From: Burkholderiales bacterium
GTDB taxonomy: Bacteria; Pseudomonadota; Gammaproteobacteria; Burkholderiales; Burkholderiaceae_C
Assembly: GCA_043738425.1 (NCBI GenBank)
Contig: JAYUGJ010000121.1
Location: 36,896-100,895 of the forward strand
Direction: 5' to 3'
DNA: 64,000 nucleotides
The notes below the pieces were generated by a model, which was given only the letters and a program-made list of their open reading frames with translations, made no database searches and was not told where the DNA came from. The stretch's first letter is position 1. Every line of letters begins with the position of its first letter. Below are positions 17,091-26,422 of this stretch, in pieces. A program made the translations under genes and the position numbers.

Positions 17091-17933
17091 ATGCACACCA
17101 GCTACCCCATTCAACCTGCCCATGCCCATGCCAATGCCCATGCCCACTCCGGCGCGGGCGCCGTACACGCCGCCATTCCAACGCCTACCGGTTTTTACGA
17201 ACGTTTGAAGCTCACTGCGACGGCCTCCACGCGTGACATCGAATTCGCCTACCGCGCGCTCGCCCGTATGCACTACGCGCAAGACAAACCCTCGGCTGCG
17301 GCGCAAATGCAGTTCGATGCGGTGGCGCAGGCGTACGGCGTGCTCAGTAACCCTGAAACGCGGGCGGTGTACGACGACTTCGAGCAACGTGGCCACCAAT
17401 GCGCGGCCAGCGCCGCCACTCAGCCGATCAACGGCAAGACCACCCACATCGCACCCGCAGCCGACAACGCCTGGGACAGCAACGTCGCCTTCAGCGGCAG
17501 CGCGTTCGGGCGCAACCTGAACGAACGCCGCAGCGATTTTTTCGAATCGTTGTGGCGTGGACTGGAGTCCGACAGCGGGGTCTATAGACCTGACACCGTA
17601 GCGCGACCCGGCACCCAGCGCAGCACCGATATCGACCAGGCGCGCCACGCCAGGGTGTGCATCAGCCAGCAAGCAGCCCACCGCGGTGGCCGCTGTGTGG
17701 TGCGCCTGCGCGTGCCGCAGGTCGACGCGCGCGGCAGTGTCGAGCTGCTGGAGTGCGAACTCGCCGTCACCATTCCGAAAGGTGCGCACAGCGGCGAACG
17801 GCTGTGCATAGCGGGCGACCGCCGCAACGCCGTGCGGCCAGTCGAGCCGATGAATAAAACCGCGTCCCGACGCCACACCGCGCCGGCCGCAGTGATCGTC
17901 AGCAGCTGGAACTTGCAGCTCGAGGTGCACTGA
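17091..17933 (+). CDS. J-domain (DnaJ/CbpA-like) protein with a degenerate HPD motif and a single C-terminal substrate-binding-like domain
   Basis: The internal ATG at 17091 is used. The J-domain-like block is FYERLKLTATASTRDIEFAYRALARMHYAQDKPSAAAQMQFDAVAQAYGVLSNPETRAVYDDF. A Gly/Phe-like linker (FSGSAFG...DFFESLW) follows. The CTD-I-like block is CISQQAAHRGGRCVVRLRVP...LAVTIPKGAHSGERLCIAGD. Confidence 0.65.
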   Translation: MHTSYPIQPAHAHANAHAHSGAGAVHAAIPTPTGFYERLKLTATASTRDIEFAYRALARMHYAQDKPSAAAQMQFDAVAQAYGVLSNPETRAVYDDFEQRGHQCAASAATQPINGKTTHIAPAADNAWDSNVAFSGSAFGRNLNERRSDFFESLWRGLESDSGVYRPDTVARPGTQRSTDIDQARHARVCISQQAAHRGGRCVVRLRVPQVDARGSVELLECELAVTIPKGAHSGERLCIAGDRRNAVRPVEPMNKTASRRHTAPAAVIVSSWNLQLEVH

Positions 17934-18160
17934 CCCCAGGCACACCCAGCTTGCAAAAAGGTGAATTCCTGGCAGGTCGCAAGCTCTGCGGGGCTCGGTG
18001 CAACGCCCGATGCAGCACTTGGTGTGGCGCGTCCTGCAGCACCGTGCGCATCGTCGTCAGCCGACCAGCAAACCGCTGCTTTTTAACGATCTGCTTCAAC
18101 GCCCGGTAACGCAGGCGGGCCGATTCAAGTCGATGATCCACGCTGGACTTCGGAGACAAC

Positions 18161-18676
18161 ATGAAAAATCGGATGTGGATGGCGTGGATCGCAGTGACTC
18201 TGGGCATCGCAGGTGCTGTAGGCGCGATGGGTGCGGCCCAAGCGCAGACCCGAGTGGGCGTGTCCATCGGCGTAAGTCGGCCCGGCGTGTACGGTGAAAT
18301 TCACATCGGCGACGCACCGCGGCCGGTGGTGGTGTACCCGCAGCCGGTGATCATCGTGCCGCCGGTGGTGGTGATCGAACAACCGCCGGTGTACTTGTAT
18401 GTGCCACCGCTGCACCAGCAAAACTGGCGTCGCTACTGCGGCCGCTACCGCGCCTGCGGCCAACCGGTGTATTTCGTGCAGGACCAATGGGTGCGTGAAC
18501 GCTATGAAGAACAGCATCCCGGCTGGCAACGCCGCCACGACAACGGTCGCCACCGCGGTTGGGACAAGCACGGCGGCAAGCATGGCGACCGGTACGAAGG
18601 TGACGATCGAGGTGACGGCGATCGCGACGATGGCGATGGCGACGAGAAAAAACACCACAAAGAGCGCAAGAAATAA
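18161..18676 (+). CDS. secreted hypothetical protein, Pro/Val-rich core and highly charged C-terminal tail
   Basis: GGAGA sits 4 nt upstream of the ATG. The signal peptide is MKNRMWMAWIAVTLGIAGAVGAMGAAQAQ. The core is PRPVVVYPQPVIIVPPVVVIEQPPVYLYVPP and the tail is HRGWDKHGGKHGDRYEGDDRGDGDRDDGDGDEKKHHKERKK. Confidence 0.6.
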   Translation: MKNRMWMAWIAVTLGIAGAVGAMGAAQAQTRVGVSIGVSRPGVYGEIHIGDAPRPVVVYPQPVIIVPPVVVIEQPPVYLYVPPLHQQNWRRYCGRYRACGQPVYFVQDQWVRERYEEQHPGWQRRHDNGRHRGWDKHGGKHGDRYEGDDRGDGDRDDGDGDEKKHHKERKK

Positions 18677-18739
18677 GCGGCGGGAATTAGGTGCTGCCGC
18701 TGTGCCGGGTGTTACGCCGGTTGCGGCGGTATTGCGCCG

Positions 18740-19120
18740 TCAGTTGCGCGTCGGGTCGTAGCCCCAATTCATCAGCGCATGACGCCATGGCGTGTGCGCC
18801 ACGTCGCCGTCTGGCCGCAGCGCGACACCGCGGCGAATGGCACCCACCGCATCGCGCGCGTGGGCCACATCGGCGTCGGTGTACTCATGGCGGCTTTTTC
18901 GCAGCAGCGCGATCGTGCGCAGGCCCGCGCCGACTGCCGCTCGCGCATCGCCGGCGTGGTCTGGTGGCGGCTGCGCCACATCCGCCGCGGCGGGCGCACC
19001 CAGCTGATCGACCGCCCTCGACTCGGCGGTATGCAGCCAGGCGCGCAAGGTGTCGGACGACATGTTGATCGCCGTCATGAATTCAGCAATAGCCGAAGCG
19101 GCGGTGTCGTTGGTGGTCAT
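18740..19120 (-). CDS. DUF3140 domain-containing protein
   Basis: The internal ATG at 19120 gives a 126-aa product. The C-terminal block RKSRHEYTDADVAHARDAVGAIRR...PWRHALMNWGYDP matches my recollection of the DUF3140 family. Confidence 0.55.
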   Translation of the reverse strand: MTTNDTAASAIAEFMTAINMSSDTLRAWLHTAESRAVDQLGAPAAADVAQPPPDHAGDARAAVGAGLRTIALLRKSRHEYTDADVAHARDAVGAIRRGVALRPDGDVAHTPWRHALMNWGYDPTRN

Positions 19121-19205
19121 GGGGTCGCCTTGTTGCTGGAGTGCCGATGCGGCAGGTGGAGTCTGCGCCATGCCGCAGCAGTTGGGCCCGCGCGGTCGGG
19201 TCACT

Positions 19206-19334
19206 GTGGTGGCGCGGTGGTGGCGCGAGGGTGGTGCGAGGGTGGCGTGTTTGTTGCGCGCTTATTGCGCGGTAATTGCGCATCTGTGGCGCATCTGTGG
19301 CGCGTTTGTTGCGCATTCTGTTACGCGTTTGTAG
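19206..19334. repeat. phased tandem array of 11 units of 11 nt (one unit is 12 nt), consensus nnTGTTGCGCG / GTGGTGGCGCG
   Basis: Read directly from the sequence: gtggtggcgcg gtggtggcgcg agggtggtgcg agggtggcgtg tttgttgcgcg cttattgcgcg gtaattgcgca tctgtggcgca tctgtggcgcg tttgttgcgca ttctgttacgcg tttgtag. It is intergenic between the ferredoxin stop and the DUF3140 start. Confidence 0.8.
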
Positions 19335-19375
19335 TTCCAGCACACCGAAGGTGTCGACCGCGCGCCGCGCCCGAC

Positions 19376-19705
<330 letters not shown>

Positions 19706-19757
19706 TTAGGACGCGGGACGATTCAGGCTTCGTTTTAAGCTTCGTTTTGAGCTAGGT

Positions 19758-20261
19758 TTAAGCATCAGTGAACTTGACGCGCGAGCGCAGCCGCTCCAAA
19801 ACCAACGGTGACACAAATTTGGACACATCACCGCCGAGCGTGGCGATCTCCCTGACGAAGGTGCCGGAAACGAATTGGAACTGGTCACTCGGCGTCAGGA
19901 ACACGGTTTCGACATCGGGCATGAGTTGTCGGTTCATACCGGCCATCTGAAACTCGTACTCGAAGTCGCTGACCGCGCGCAGGCCACGCACCACCACCTT
20001 GCCGCCGATGCCGACCACGAAGTCGCGCAGCAGTCCGCGAAACGCGACCACCTCGACGTTGGGGTACTTGCCGGCCAGCGCCTGCGCCAACTCGAGGCGC
20101 TCGTCGATGGTGAACATGGTGCGCTTGTGGTGACCCGCTGCCACGGCCACCACCAGCCGTTCGAACAACCGGCTGGCGCGGCGCATCAGGTCTTCGTGGC
20201 CGAGCGTCATCGGGTCGAAGGTGCCGGGGTAGATGGCGGTCAGTTTGGTCACAGAGGTCAT
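19758..20261 (-). CDS. coaD: phosphopantetheine adenylyltransferase
   Basis: Motif block [20 protein letters not shown], at the typical length of 167 aa. Confidence 0.95.
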   Translation of the reverse strand: MTSVTKLTAIYPGTFDPMTLGHEDLMRRASRLFERLVVAVAAGHHKRTMFTIDERLELAQALAGKYPNVEVVAFRGLLRDFVVGIGGKVVVRGLRAVSDFEYEFQMAGMNRQLMPDVETVFLTPSDQFQFVSGTFVREIATLGGDVSKFVSPLVLERLRSRVKFTDA

Positions 20262-20297
20262 GCCACGCTCCCGGAGTTCACACCAACAGGCGTTGCA

Positions 20298-21080
20298 TCA
20301 GGCCACCGCGTCCGGCGCCGATAGCGCAAACGAAGGCGCAGTGGCAGTGGCGGTGTCCACGCGTTGCAGCAAATGTGCATGCACGATGCCGGCGACCAGA
20401 TGGCGGTGCACTTTGAGCTGCAGCAGCGCGACTTCTTCATTCGCGTACGCACGCGCGGCTTCGAGGTAGATGTAGCCATGCGGCACCACCAGACGCGCGG
20501 CGGCTTGCAGCGCGGCCTCGTGCAAATCGGTGTCGAACGGCGGGTCGAGGAACACCAGCTCGAACGACTGCGGTGGTCCGCGCCGCATCCACGCGATCGC
20601 GTCGGTCGACTCGATGCGCACCATCTCGGCTTTCAGCCGCAGCTTCGATTCACCGAGGCTGCGCGCTTGACGCGCTTCGCGTTCGAGCATCAGCACCGAA
20701 TCGGCACCGCGCGATGCGGCTTCGAAGCCCAACGCGCCGCTGCCCGCGAACGCATCCAGACAGCGCCAGCCGCTCAAATCGGCACCGAGCCAGTTGAACA
20801 AGGTCTCGCGCACCCGGTCGGGCGTGGGTCGCAAACCGGGCAGCAGGCCCACCGGCAATTTGCTGCGCTTCCAGGCGCCGCCGATGATGCGCACCTCGCG
20901 CGGCAGCGAGGCGACATCGAGCGCAACCGGTGGTTTGGCGGCCACCACTTTTTTGCGTTGCACCACGTCGGCGAAAGCGCGGCTGCCGAACTTCGGTGCC
21001 GCGTTTTTAGTCTTTTTCGCCGCGGCTTTCGGCTTCGGTTTCGGTGCGGGATGAGGGTCTGACTTACTGATGATCGACAT
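20298..21080 (-). CDS. rsmD: 16S rRNA (guanine966-N2)-methyltransferase RsmD with a Lys/Pro-rich N-terminal extension
   Basis: It has the SAM motif DAFAGSGALGFEAASRGA and the catalytic FLDPPF. An extra N-terminal segment of about 60 aa reads PHPAPKPKPKAAAKKTKNAAPK. Confidence 0.85.
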   Translation of the reverse strand: MSIISKSDPHPAPKPKPKAAAKKTKNAAPKFGSRAFADVVQRKKVVAAKPPVALDVASLPREVRIIGGAWKRSKLPVGLLPGLRPTPDRVRETLFNWLGADLSGWRCLDAFAGSGALGFEAASRGADSVLMLEREARQARSLGESKLRLKAEMVRIESTDAIAWMRRGPPQSFELVFLDPPFDTDLHEAALQAAARLVVPHGYIYLEAARAYANEEVALLQLKVHRHLVAGIVHAHLLQRVDTATATAPSFALSAPDAVA

Positions 21081-21092
21081 GCTCGCCTTCCG

Positions 21093-21872
21093 TCACAGCC
21101 GCACCGCAATGCCGTCACGTGCCATCAATGCTTTGGCTTGGCCGACGGTGAACTCGCCATAGTGAAAGATGCTGGCCGCCAGCACCGCATCAGCGCCGCC
21201 GATGCGTATGCCGTCAGACAAATGCGCCAGCGTGCCAACGCCGCCGGAGGCGATCACCGGCACCGCGACGCGGTCGCTGACAGCCCGCGTCAGCTCCAAA
21301 TCAAAGCCGCTTTTGGTGCCGTCGCGGTCCATGCTGGTGAGCAAAATTTCGCCGGCACCGTGGCGCGTCATCAGCGCGGCCCAGGCCACCGCATCGAGGC
21401 CGGTGTTCTTGCGGCCACCGTGGGTGTACACATCCCAACCGGCGCCGCGCGCTGCGAGGTCGTCGCCGACCCGGCGCTTGGCATCGATCGCCACCACGAT
21501 GCATTGCGCGCCGTAGCGGTTCGACGCATCGCGGATCAGCTGCGGGCTGGCTACCGCGGCCGAGTTGAAGCTGACCTTGTCGGCACCGGCGTTGAGCAAG
21601 CGCCGCACGTCGTCCACCGAGCGCACACCGCCGCCCACCGTGAGCGGAATGAATACCTGCGAGGCCACCGCTTCGATCATGTGCAACATCAAATCGCGGC
21701 CGTCACTGGTGGCAGTGATGTCGAGAAAGGTCAGCTCGTCGGCACCTTGTTCGTTGTAGCGCGCCGCGATTTCCACCGGGTCACCGGCATCGCGCAGCTC
21801 AACGAAGTTGACGCCTTTGACGACACGACCGCCGGTCACGTCAAGGCAGGGAATGATTCGCTTTGCAAGCAT
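21093..21872 (-). CDS. hisF: imidazole glycerol phosphate synthase cyclase subunit HisF
   Basis: The internal ATG at 21872 gives [23 protein letters not shown]. Full-length HisF blocks are present. Confidence 0.95.
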   Translation of the reverse strand: MLAKRIIPCLDVTGGRVVKGVNFVELRDAGDPVEIAARYNEQGADELTFLDITATSDGRDLMLHMIEAVASQVFIPLTVGGGVRSVDDVRRLLNAGADKVSFNSAAVASPQLIRDASNRYGAQCIVVAIDAKRRVGDDLAARGAGWDVYTHGGRKNTGLDAVAWAALMTRHGAGEILLTSMDRDGTKSGFDLELTRAVSDRVAVPVIASGGVGTLAHLSDGIRIGGADAVLAASIFHYGEFTVGQAKALMARDGIAVRL

Positions 21873-22023
21873 TCGCCCATTGTCGCGGTGAAATTTTGGC
21901 CTTTCAGATGCGTCGTCGCCCAACGCCACGCGTGCGTTTTCTCACCAAACCAAGCAAACTTGATCGGCGTGTGTTCGCACGCAGGCGAGTTTTTCGCTCC
22001 TTCAACCCACGGAGATTCACACC

Positions 22024-22557
22024 ATGAACCGTCAAGTTGCTGCCTCTGTCGGCACCCTTGTTCTCACCGCAGCGGCGACCTTCCCGGTCAGCGCAGCCAC
22101 CACCAGCACCACTTTTGTCGCGGCCTTGTCCAGCATCGGCGAGAGTGTTCCTACGTCGTCGGCCACTGGCTTTGCAACGGTTTCGTTCGACGACGTTTCG
22201 AGCAGCCTGTCGGTGCAGTTGTCGTTTGAAGGCTTGGCCAACAACTCGCCGTTTGGCCACATCCACTGCTGCACAGCCGTGGCCGGCACCGGCAACGGCC
22301 CCGTGGCACTGAGTTTCGAGCGCTTCCCTGCGCTGGCCAGCGGCGCGTACTCGGCTTCGTTCGCTCCAGCCAACTTCGCTGCCTTGCTGGCCGGCACCGC
22401 GGCCGGCACCGCTTACGTCAACATCCACACACCAGGCACATATGGATCAGGTGAGATTCGCGGCTTTTTGGCCCCGATTCCCGAACCCCAGACTTATGCG
22501 TTGATGTTGGCTGGTCTAGGTGCCGTGGCCTGGGCGTCGCGTCGGCGTTCAGCGTGA
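22024..22557 (+). CDS. CHRD domain-containing protein with a PEP-CTERM sorting signal
   Basis: GGAGA sits upstream of the ATG, followed by a signal peptide. CHRD blocks are GHIHCCTAVAGTGNGPV and YVNIHTPGTYGSGEIRGFL. The C-terminus PIPEPQTYALMLAGLGAVAWASRRRSA is PEP plus a TM helix plus an Arg cluster. Confidence 0.8.
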   Translation: MNRQVAASVGTLVLTAAATFPVSAATTSTTFVAALSSIGESVPTSSATGFATVSFDDVSSSLSVQLSFEGLANNSPFGHIHCCTAVAGTGNGPVALSFERFPALASGAYSASFAPANFAALLAGTAAGTAYVNIHTPGTYGSGEIRGFLAPIPEPQTYALMLAGLGAVAWASRRRSA

Positions 22558-22571
22558 ATGCCAGTTCAAGC

Positions 22572-22600
22572 AAAAAAGGGCACCGGGGTGCCCTTTTTTT
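22572..22600. terminator. bidirectional intrinsic terminator
   Basis: AAAAAA-GGGCACC-gg-GGTGCCC-TTTTTTT forms a perfect 7-bp GC stem. It has an A-tract on one side and a T-tract on the other, and lies between the convergent CHRD gene and hisA. Confidence 0.8.
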
Positions 22601-22612
22601 GTTGGTTGACAG

Positions 22613-23353
22613 TCACACCCTGAGCGCGTCGGCACGCGCCTGGGCGACAGCGAAGTCGAGGTCGCCGGAGTAGATGGCGCGGCCGCAAATGACGCCTTCG
22701 ATGCCTTCGAATTCAACCGCGCACAAACGTTCGATGTCGGCCAGGTTGCTCAAGCCACCCGAGGCAATGACGGGAATCGTCAATGCCTGCGCCAGCTTCA
22801 CGGTGGCGTCGATATTGATGCCACTCAGCATGCCGTCACGGCCGATGTCGGTATAGATCACGCCTTCGACGCCGTAGTCCTGGAATTTTTTCGCGAGGTC
22901 GATGACTTCGTGGCCGGTGAGCTTGCTCCAGCCGTCGGTGGCCACCTTGCCGTCTTTCGCATCGAGGCCAACGATGATGTGGCCGCCGAATGCGCTGCAG
23001 GCGTCTTGCAAGAAGCCGGGGTTTTTTACCGCTGCGGTGCCGACGATGATGAAGCTCAGGCCGTCGTCGAGGTAGCGCTCGATGGTGTCGAGGTCACGGA
23101 TGCCGCCGCCCAACTGCACCGGTATTTCGTCGCCGACCTCGGCCAGGATGGCCTTGATGGCGACTTCGTTGACCGGCTTGCCGGCAAACGCACCGTTCAA
23201 ATCGACCAGATGCAGCCGCCTGGCACCGGCATCGACCCAGCGCCGTGCGATGGCGGCCGGATCCTCACCAAAGGTGGTCGATTCATTCATGTCGCCTTGT
23301 TTGAGGCGCACACATTTACCGTCTTTCAGGTCTATCGCGGGTATCAGCAGCAT
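22613..23353 (-). CDS. hisA: ProFAR isomerase HisA
   Basis: Motif block [21 protein letters not shown]. Full-length HisA pattern. Confidence 0.95.
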   Translation of the reverse strand: MLLIPAIDLKDGKCVRLKQGDMNESTTFGEDPAAIARRWVDAGARRLHLVDLNGAFAGKPVNEVAIKAILAEVGDEIPVQLGGGIRDLDTIERYLDDGLSFIIVGTAAVKNPGFLQDACSAFGGHIIVGLDAKDGKVATDGWSKLTGHEVIDLAKKFQDYGVEGVIYTDIGRDGMLSGINIDATVKLAQALTIPVIASGGLSNLADIERLCAVEFEGIEGVICGRAIYSGDLDFAVAQARADALRV

Positions 23354-23447
23354 GGCCGGGGGCAGCAGTGGAGAAAAGGACCGTCGGTGGTGGGCGACGC
23401 GTGGGGTTCAGCAATGCGGTCGATCCCAGTCGTTGAAAAAACAGCGT

Positions 23448-24134
23448 TCAGGGATTCCAGTGGAGAAAGTTGCGGTACAGGGCCAGCCCGTGCTGGGCGC
23501 TTTTTTCTGGATGGAATTGCGTCGCAAAAATGTTATCGCGGCCCAGCGCGCAGGTAAAGCGCTGGCCGTAGTCGGTTTCGCCCAGGCTGTGACGTACGTC
23601 AGTCGGGCGCGCATAAAAGCTGTGCACGAAATAGAAGCTCGCGCCATCGGGCACGTCGGCCCACAGCGGGTGGGGCTGCGCGTGAGGCTGCATCTGGTGC
23701 ACCTGGTTCCAGCCCATTTGCGGCACCTTGTAGCGGCTGCCATCGGGCTGCAACTGGCCGTCGAGCTGGAATCGCATCACCTCACCGGCGATCAACGCCA
23801 GGCCGGGCGTGCCGGTATCCAACGCGCCGTTTTCAGTGCTGCCTTCTTCGCTGTGCGACAGCAGCATCTGCATGCCCACGCACACACCCAACAGCGGTTT
23901 GTTGGCTGCCGCATGCAGCACCGCGGCTTGCAGCCCCGAGTCGCGCAGCTCACGCATGCAATCGGGCATGGCGCCCTGGCCGGGCAGCACGATGCGTTCG
24001 GCGGCCATCACCGCCGCGGGGTCGGCGGTGACCACCACCTCGAACCCGGAACCCTGCGCCACATGCAGCACCGCCTGCGACACCGAGCGCAGGTTGCCCA
24101 TGCCGTAGTCGACGACAGCGATTGTTTTAGGCAT
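23448..24134 (-). CDS. hisH: imidazole glycerol phosphate synthase glutaminase subunit HisH
   Basis: Blocks are [14 protein letters not shown] and GVCVGMQML (catalytic Cys), with the HSF/HPEKS tail. Confidence 0.95.
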   Translation of the reverse strand: MPKTIAVVDYGMGNLRSVSQAVLHVAQGSGFEVVVTADPAAVMAAERIVLPGQGAMPDCMRELRDSGLQAAVLHAAANKPLLGVCVGMQMLLSHSEEGSTENGALDTGTPGLALIAGEVMRFQLDGQLQPDGSRYKVPQMGWNQVHQMQPHAQPHPLWADVPDGASFYFVHSFYARPTDVRHSLGETDYGQRFTCALGRDNIFATQFHPEKSAQHGLALYRNFLHWNP

Positions 24135-24237
24135 GGTCAGCTGCTAGTCAAACAAAGCGTTCCGGCCAGCCGCCGGGCCGCCCCAAGGCAGGCCGCACCC
24201 CCTCGGGGGGCAGGAGCGTAGCGACGTGGGGGCACTA

Positions 24238-24870
24238 TCAAAGCGAACCTTTGGTCGACGGGATCACGTCGGCCATGCGCGGATCGATCTCGACCGCAAA
24301 GCGCAGCGCGCGGGCGAATGCTTTGAACACCGTCTCGCATTGGTGGTGCGCATTCACGCCGCGCAGGTTGTCGATGTGCAAGGTGACGCCGGCGTGGTTG
24401 ACGAAGCCGTGAAAAAACTCGAACACCAGTTGGGTGTCGAGCCCGCCAAGCATGCCGCTGGTGAACGGCACTTCCATCGTCAAGCTGGGCCGGCCGGAAA
24501 AATCGATCACGACCCGCGACAGCGCCTCGTCGAGCGGCACATACGCATGGCCATAACGGCGCAGACCGCGCTTGTCGCCGACCGCCTTGGCCACCGCCTG
24601 GCCGAGCGTGATACCCACGTCTTCGACCGTATGGTGGCCGTCGATGTGCAAGTCGCCGTGGACTTCGATGTCCAGATCGACCAGGCCGTGGCGTGCGATT
24701 TGGTCGAGCATGTGATCGAAAAAACCGATGCCGGTGGCGAGCTTGGAAACGCCGGTGCCATCGAGGCGCAACGCCACGCGGATTTGCGTTTCAGCGGTGC
24801 GACGGGTGACCTCGGCATGGCGCGGTGCAGCTGCGTAGGTGGTTGGGGGGACGGTCAATTCAGCGCTCAT
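24238..24870 (-). CDS. hisB: imidazoleglycerol-phosphate dehydratase HisB
   Basis: Blocks are [27 protein letters not shown] and NAHHQCE. Confidence 0.95.
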   Translation of the reverse strand: MSAELTVPPTTYAAAPRHAEVTRRTAETQIRVALRLDGTGVSKLATGIGFFDHMLDQIARHGLVDLDIEVHGDLHIDGHHTVEDVGITLGQAVAKAVGDKRGLRRYGHAYVPLDEALSRVVIDFSGRPSLTMEVPFTSGMLGGLDTQLVFEFFHGFVNHAGVTLHIDNLRGVNAHHQCETVFKAFARALRFAVEIDPRMADVIPSTKGSL

Positions 24871-25970
24871 CGCGGGCTCGTTTCCAGGGTTTCCAGGGCA
24901 GATTGCAGTGCCGCCAGCAGCGCACTATTTTCTTCCGGCGTGCCCACCGTCAAGCGCAAACACCGGGCCAGCAGCGGGTGCAAGTTCGACACATTTTTGA
25001 CCAGCACGCCACGTTGTTTCAAGCCCGCAAACAGCGCCGCGGCGTCGGGCACACGCACCAGAATCATGTTGGCTTCACTCGGGAACGGGCGCACGCCGGG
25101 CAGCTCGTGCAGCGCCGACATCAGCCGCGCGCGTTCGCCGCGCAGCACCGCGGCTTGGCGGTCGAATTCGTCGGCGTGCTCCAGCGCAAACAACGCCGCC
25201 TCGCAATTGAGCACGCTGACGTTGTACGGCGGGCGCACTTTGTCGATCTCGGCAATCAGCGCTTTCGGCCCCATCAGGTAACCCAGCCGCACGCCGGCCA
25301 AACCGAATTTGCTCAGCGTGCGCATGATCAGCACGTGGCCGTGGCGCGCCACGCGGTCGATGTAGCTGCGCGAGGCAAACGGTTGGTAGGCCTCGTCGAT
25401 CACCACCAGCCCGGGTGCTGCGGCAATCAGCCGTTCGATCACCGCGTCATCGAACAAATTCGCGGTCGGGTTGTTTGGGTACGCCAGGTAGACGATGGCC
25501 GGTTGGTGCGCGGCCATCGCGGCGAGCATGGCCGCTTCGTCCAACGCAAACTCGGCCGTTAACGGCACGCTGATCGAGCGCAGCCCTTGCAGCCGCGCCG
25601 CCACGTCGTACATCACGAAGCCCGGCACTGGTGCTAAAGAACTGGCACCGGGTTTGGCGCAGGCCAGGCTCAGCATCGAAATCAGCTCATCGGAGCCGTT
25701 GCCCAAAATCAAATCGAAGCCCGCAGGCAGGCCGGCGTGTTTCGCCAGTGCGCAGCGCAGCTCGTTGTTGCGGCTGCCCGGATAGCGGTTGATCGCGACC
25801 TCGGCCAGCCGCGCGCCGAGTGCGGCGCGCAGCGGCTCGGGCAAGCGAAACGGGTTTTCCATCGCGTCGAGCTTGACCAGCCCTTCACTGCTTTGCACCG
25901 AATAGGCGTGCATCGCGCGCACGTCGTCGCGGATGACGGATGGCGACCAATCATTCACCGGCGTTGTCAC
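24867..25970 (-). CDS. hisC: histidinol-phosphate aminotransferase HisC
   Basis: It has class II aminotransferase blocks ([34 protein letters not shown]). The GTG start at 25970 overlaps the vapC stop. Confidence 0.9.
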   Translation of the reverse strand: MTTPVNDWSPSVIRDDVRAMHAYSVQSSEGLVKLDAMENPFRLPEPLRAALGARLAEVAINRYPGSRNNELRCALAKHAGLPAGFDLILGNGSDELISMLSLACAKPGASSLAPVPGFVMYDVAARLQGLRSISVPLTAEFALDEAAMLAAMAAHQPAIVYLAYPNNPTANLFDDAVIERLIAAAPGLVVIDEAYQPFASRSYIDRVARHGHVLIMRTLSKFGLAGVRLGYLMGPKALIAEIDKVRPPYNVSVLNCEAALFALEHADEFDRQAAVLRGERARLMSALHELPGVRPFPSEANMILVRVPDAAALFAGLKQRGVLVKNVSNLHPLLARCLRLTVGTPEENSALLAALQSALETLETSPR

Positions 25971-26422
25971 GAAACAGCATCGAGCATTTCGGGCCCGACG
26001 AGAAACGGATTCACGATACGCACGCCGTCGATCAGCTGCTCGTGCTGGAGGTCTTCAATGAGCAGCATGCCGCAGCCTTGCTGCTGCGCCGCCGCCACGA
26101 TCAACGCGTCCCAGTAACTCAACGGGCAGCGGCTTTCTAAAGCCCAAGCGACTTCGACGGTGTCATGGTCGAGCACCCACGATTGCCATCGCTGGTAGCG
26201 GCGAACCTCGCAGTGGGCGTCTGCTGCGGCCATTGGCGGCTTGATCTTTCGCGTGACGTTCACGTAAAACTCGTTCAGCACCTGCGAACTGACGCGCCCG
26301 CACCGCTTGATCCACCGCGCGCGCAACCAGCCCAGTGCGGCAGCTTGCTTGTGCTGATCGGCACCGTCTTCGGAATAGATCAAAACGTTGGTGTCAACGA
26401 AAACGATCGAATCGTTCGGCAT
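25967..26422 (-). CDS. vapC: type II toxin, PIN-domain ribonuclease VapC
   Basis: 151 aa. The N-terminus is [19 protein letters not shown]. Later acidic positions occur in [11 protein letters not shown] and LLIEDLQH. It is paired with an upstream small RHH ORF. Confidence 0.8.
   Translation of the reverse strand: MPNDSIVFVDTNVLIYSEDGADQHKQAAALGWLRARWIKRCGRVSSQVLNEFYVNVTRKIKPPMAAADAHCEVRRYQRWQSWVLDHDTVEVAWALESRCPLSYWDALIVAAAQQQGCGMLLIEDLQHEQLIDGVRIVNPFLVGPEMLDAVS

Noticed and set aside
8273-19334. The short tandem arrays might be CRISPR-like.
   Set aside because: The units are 8-12 nt and directly abutting, with no spacers. There are no cas genes, and they are far too short for CRISPR repeats.
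24135-24237. A GC-rich palindrome (CCCCCTCGGGGGG) in the hisH-hisB spacer as an internal attenuator or terminator.
   Set aside because: The stem is short, with no adjoining T-tract on the transcribed strand. Such G/C palindromes are common by chance at this GC content.
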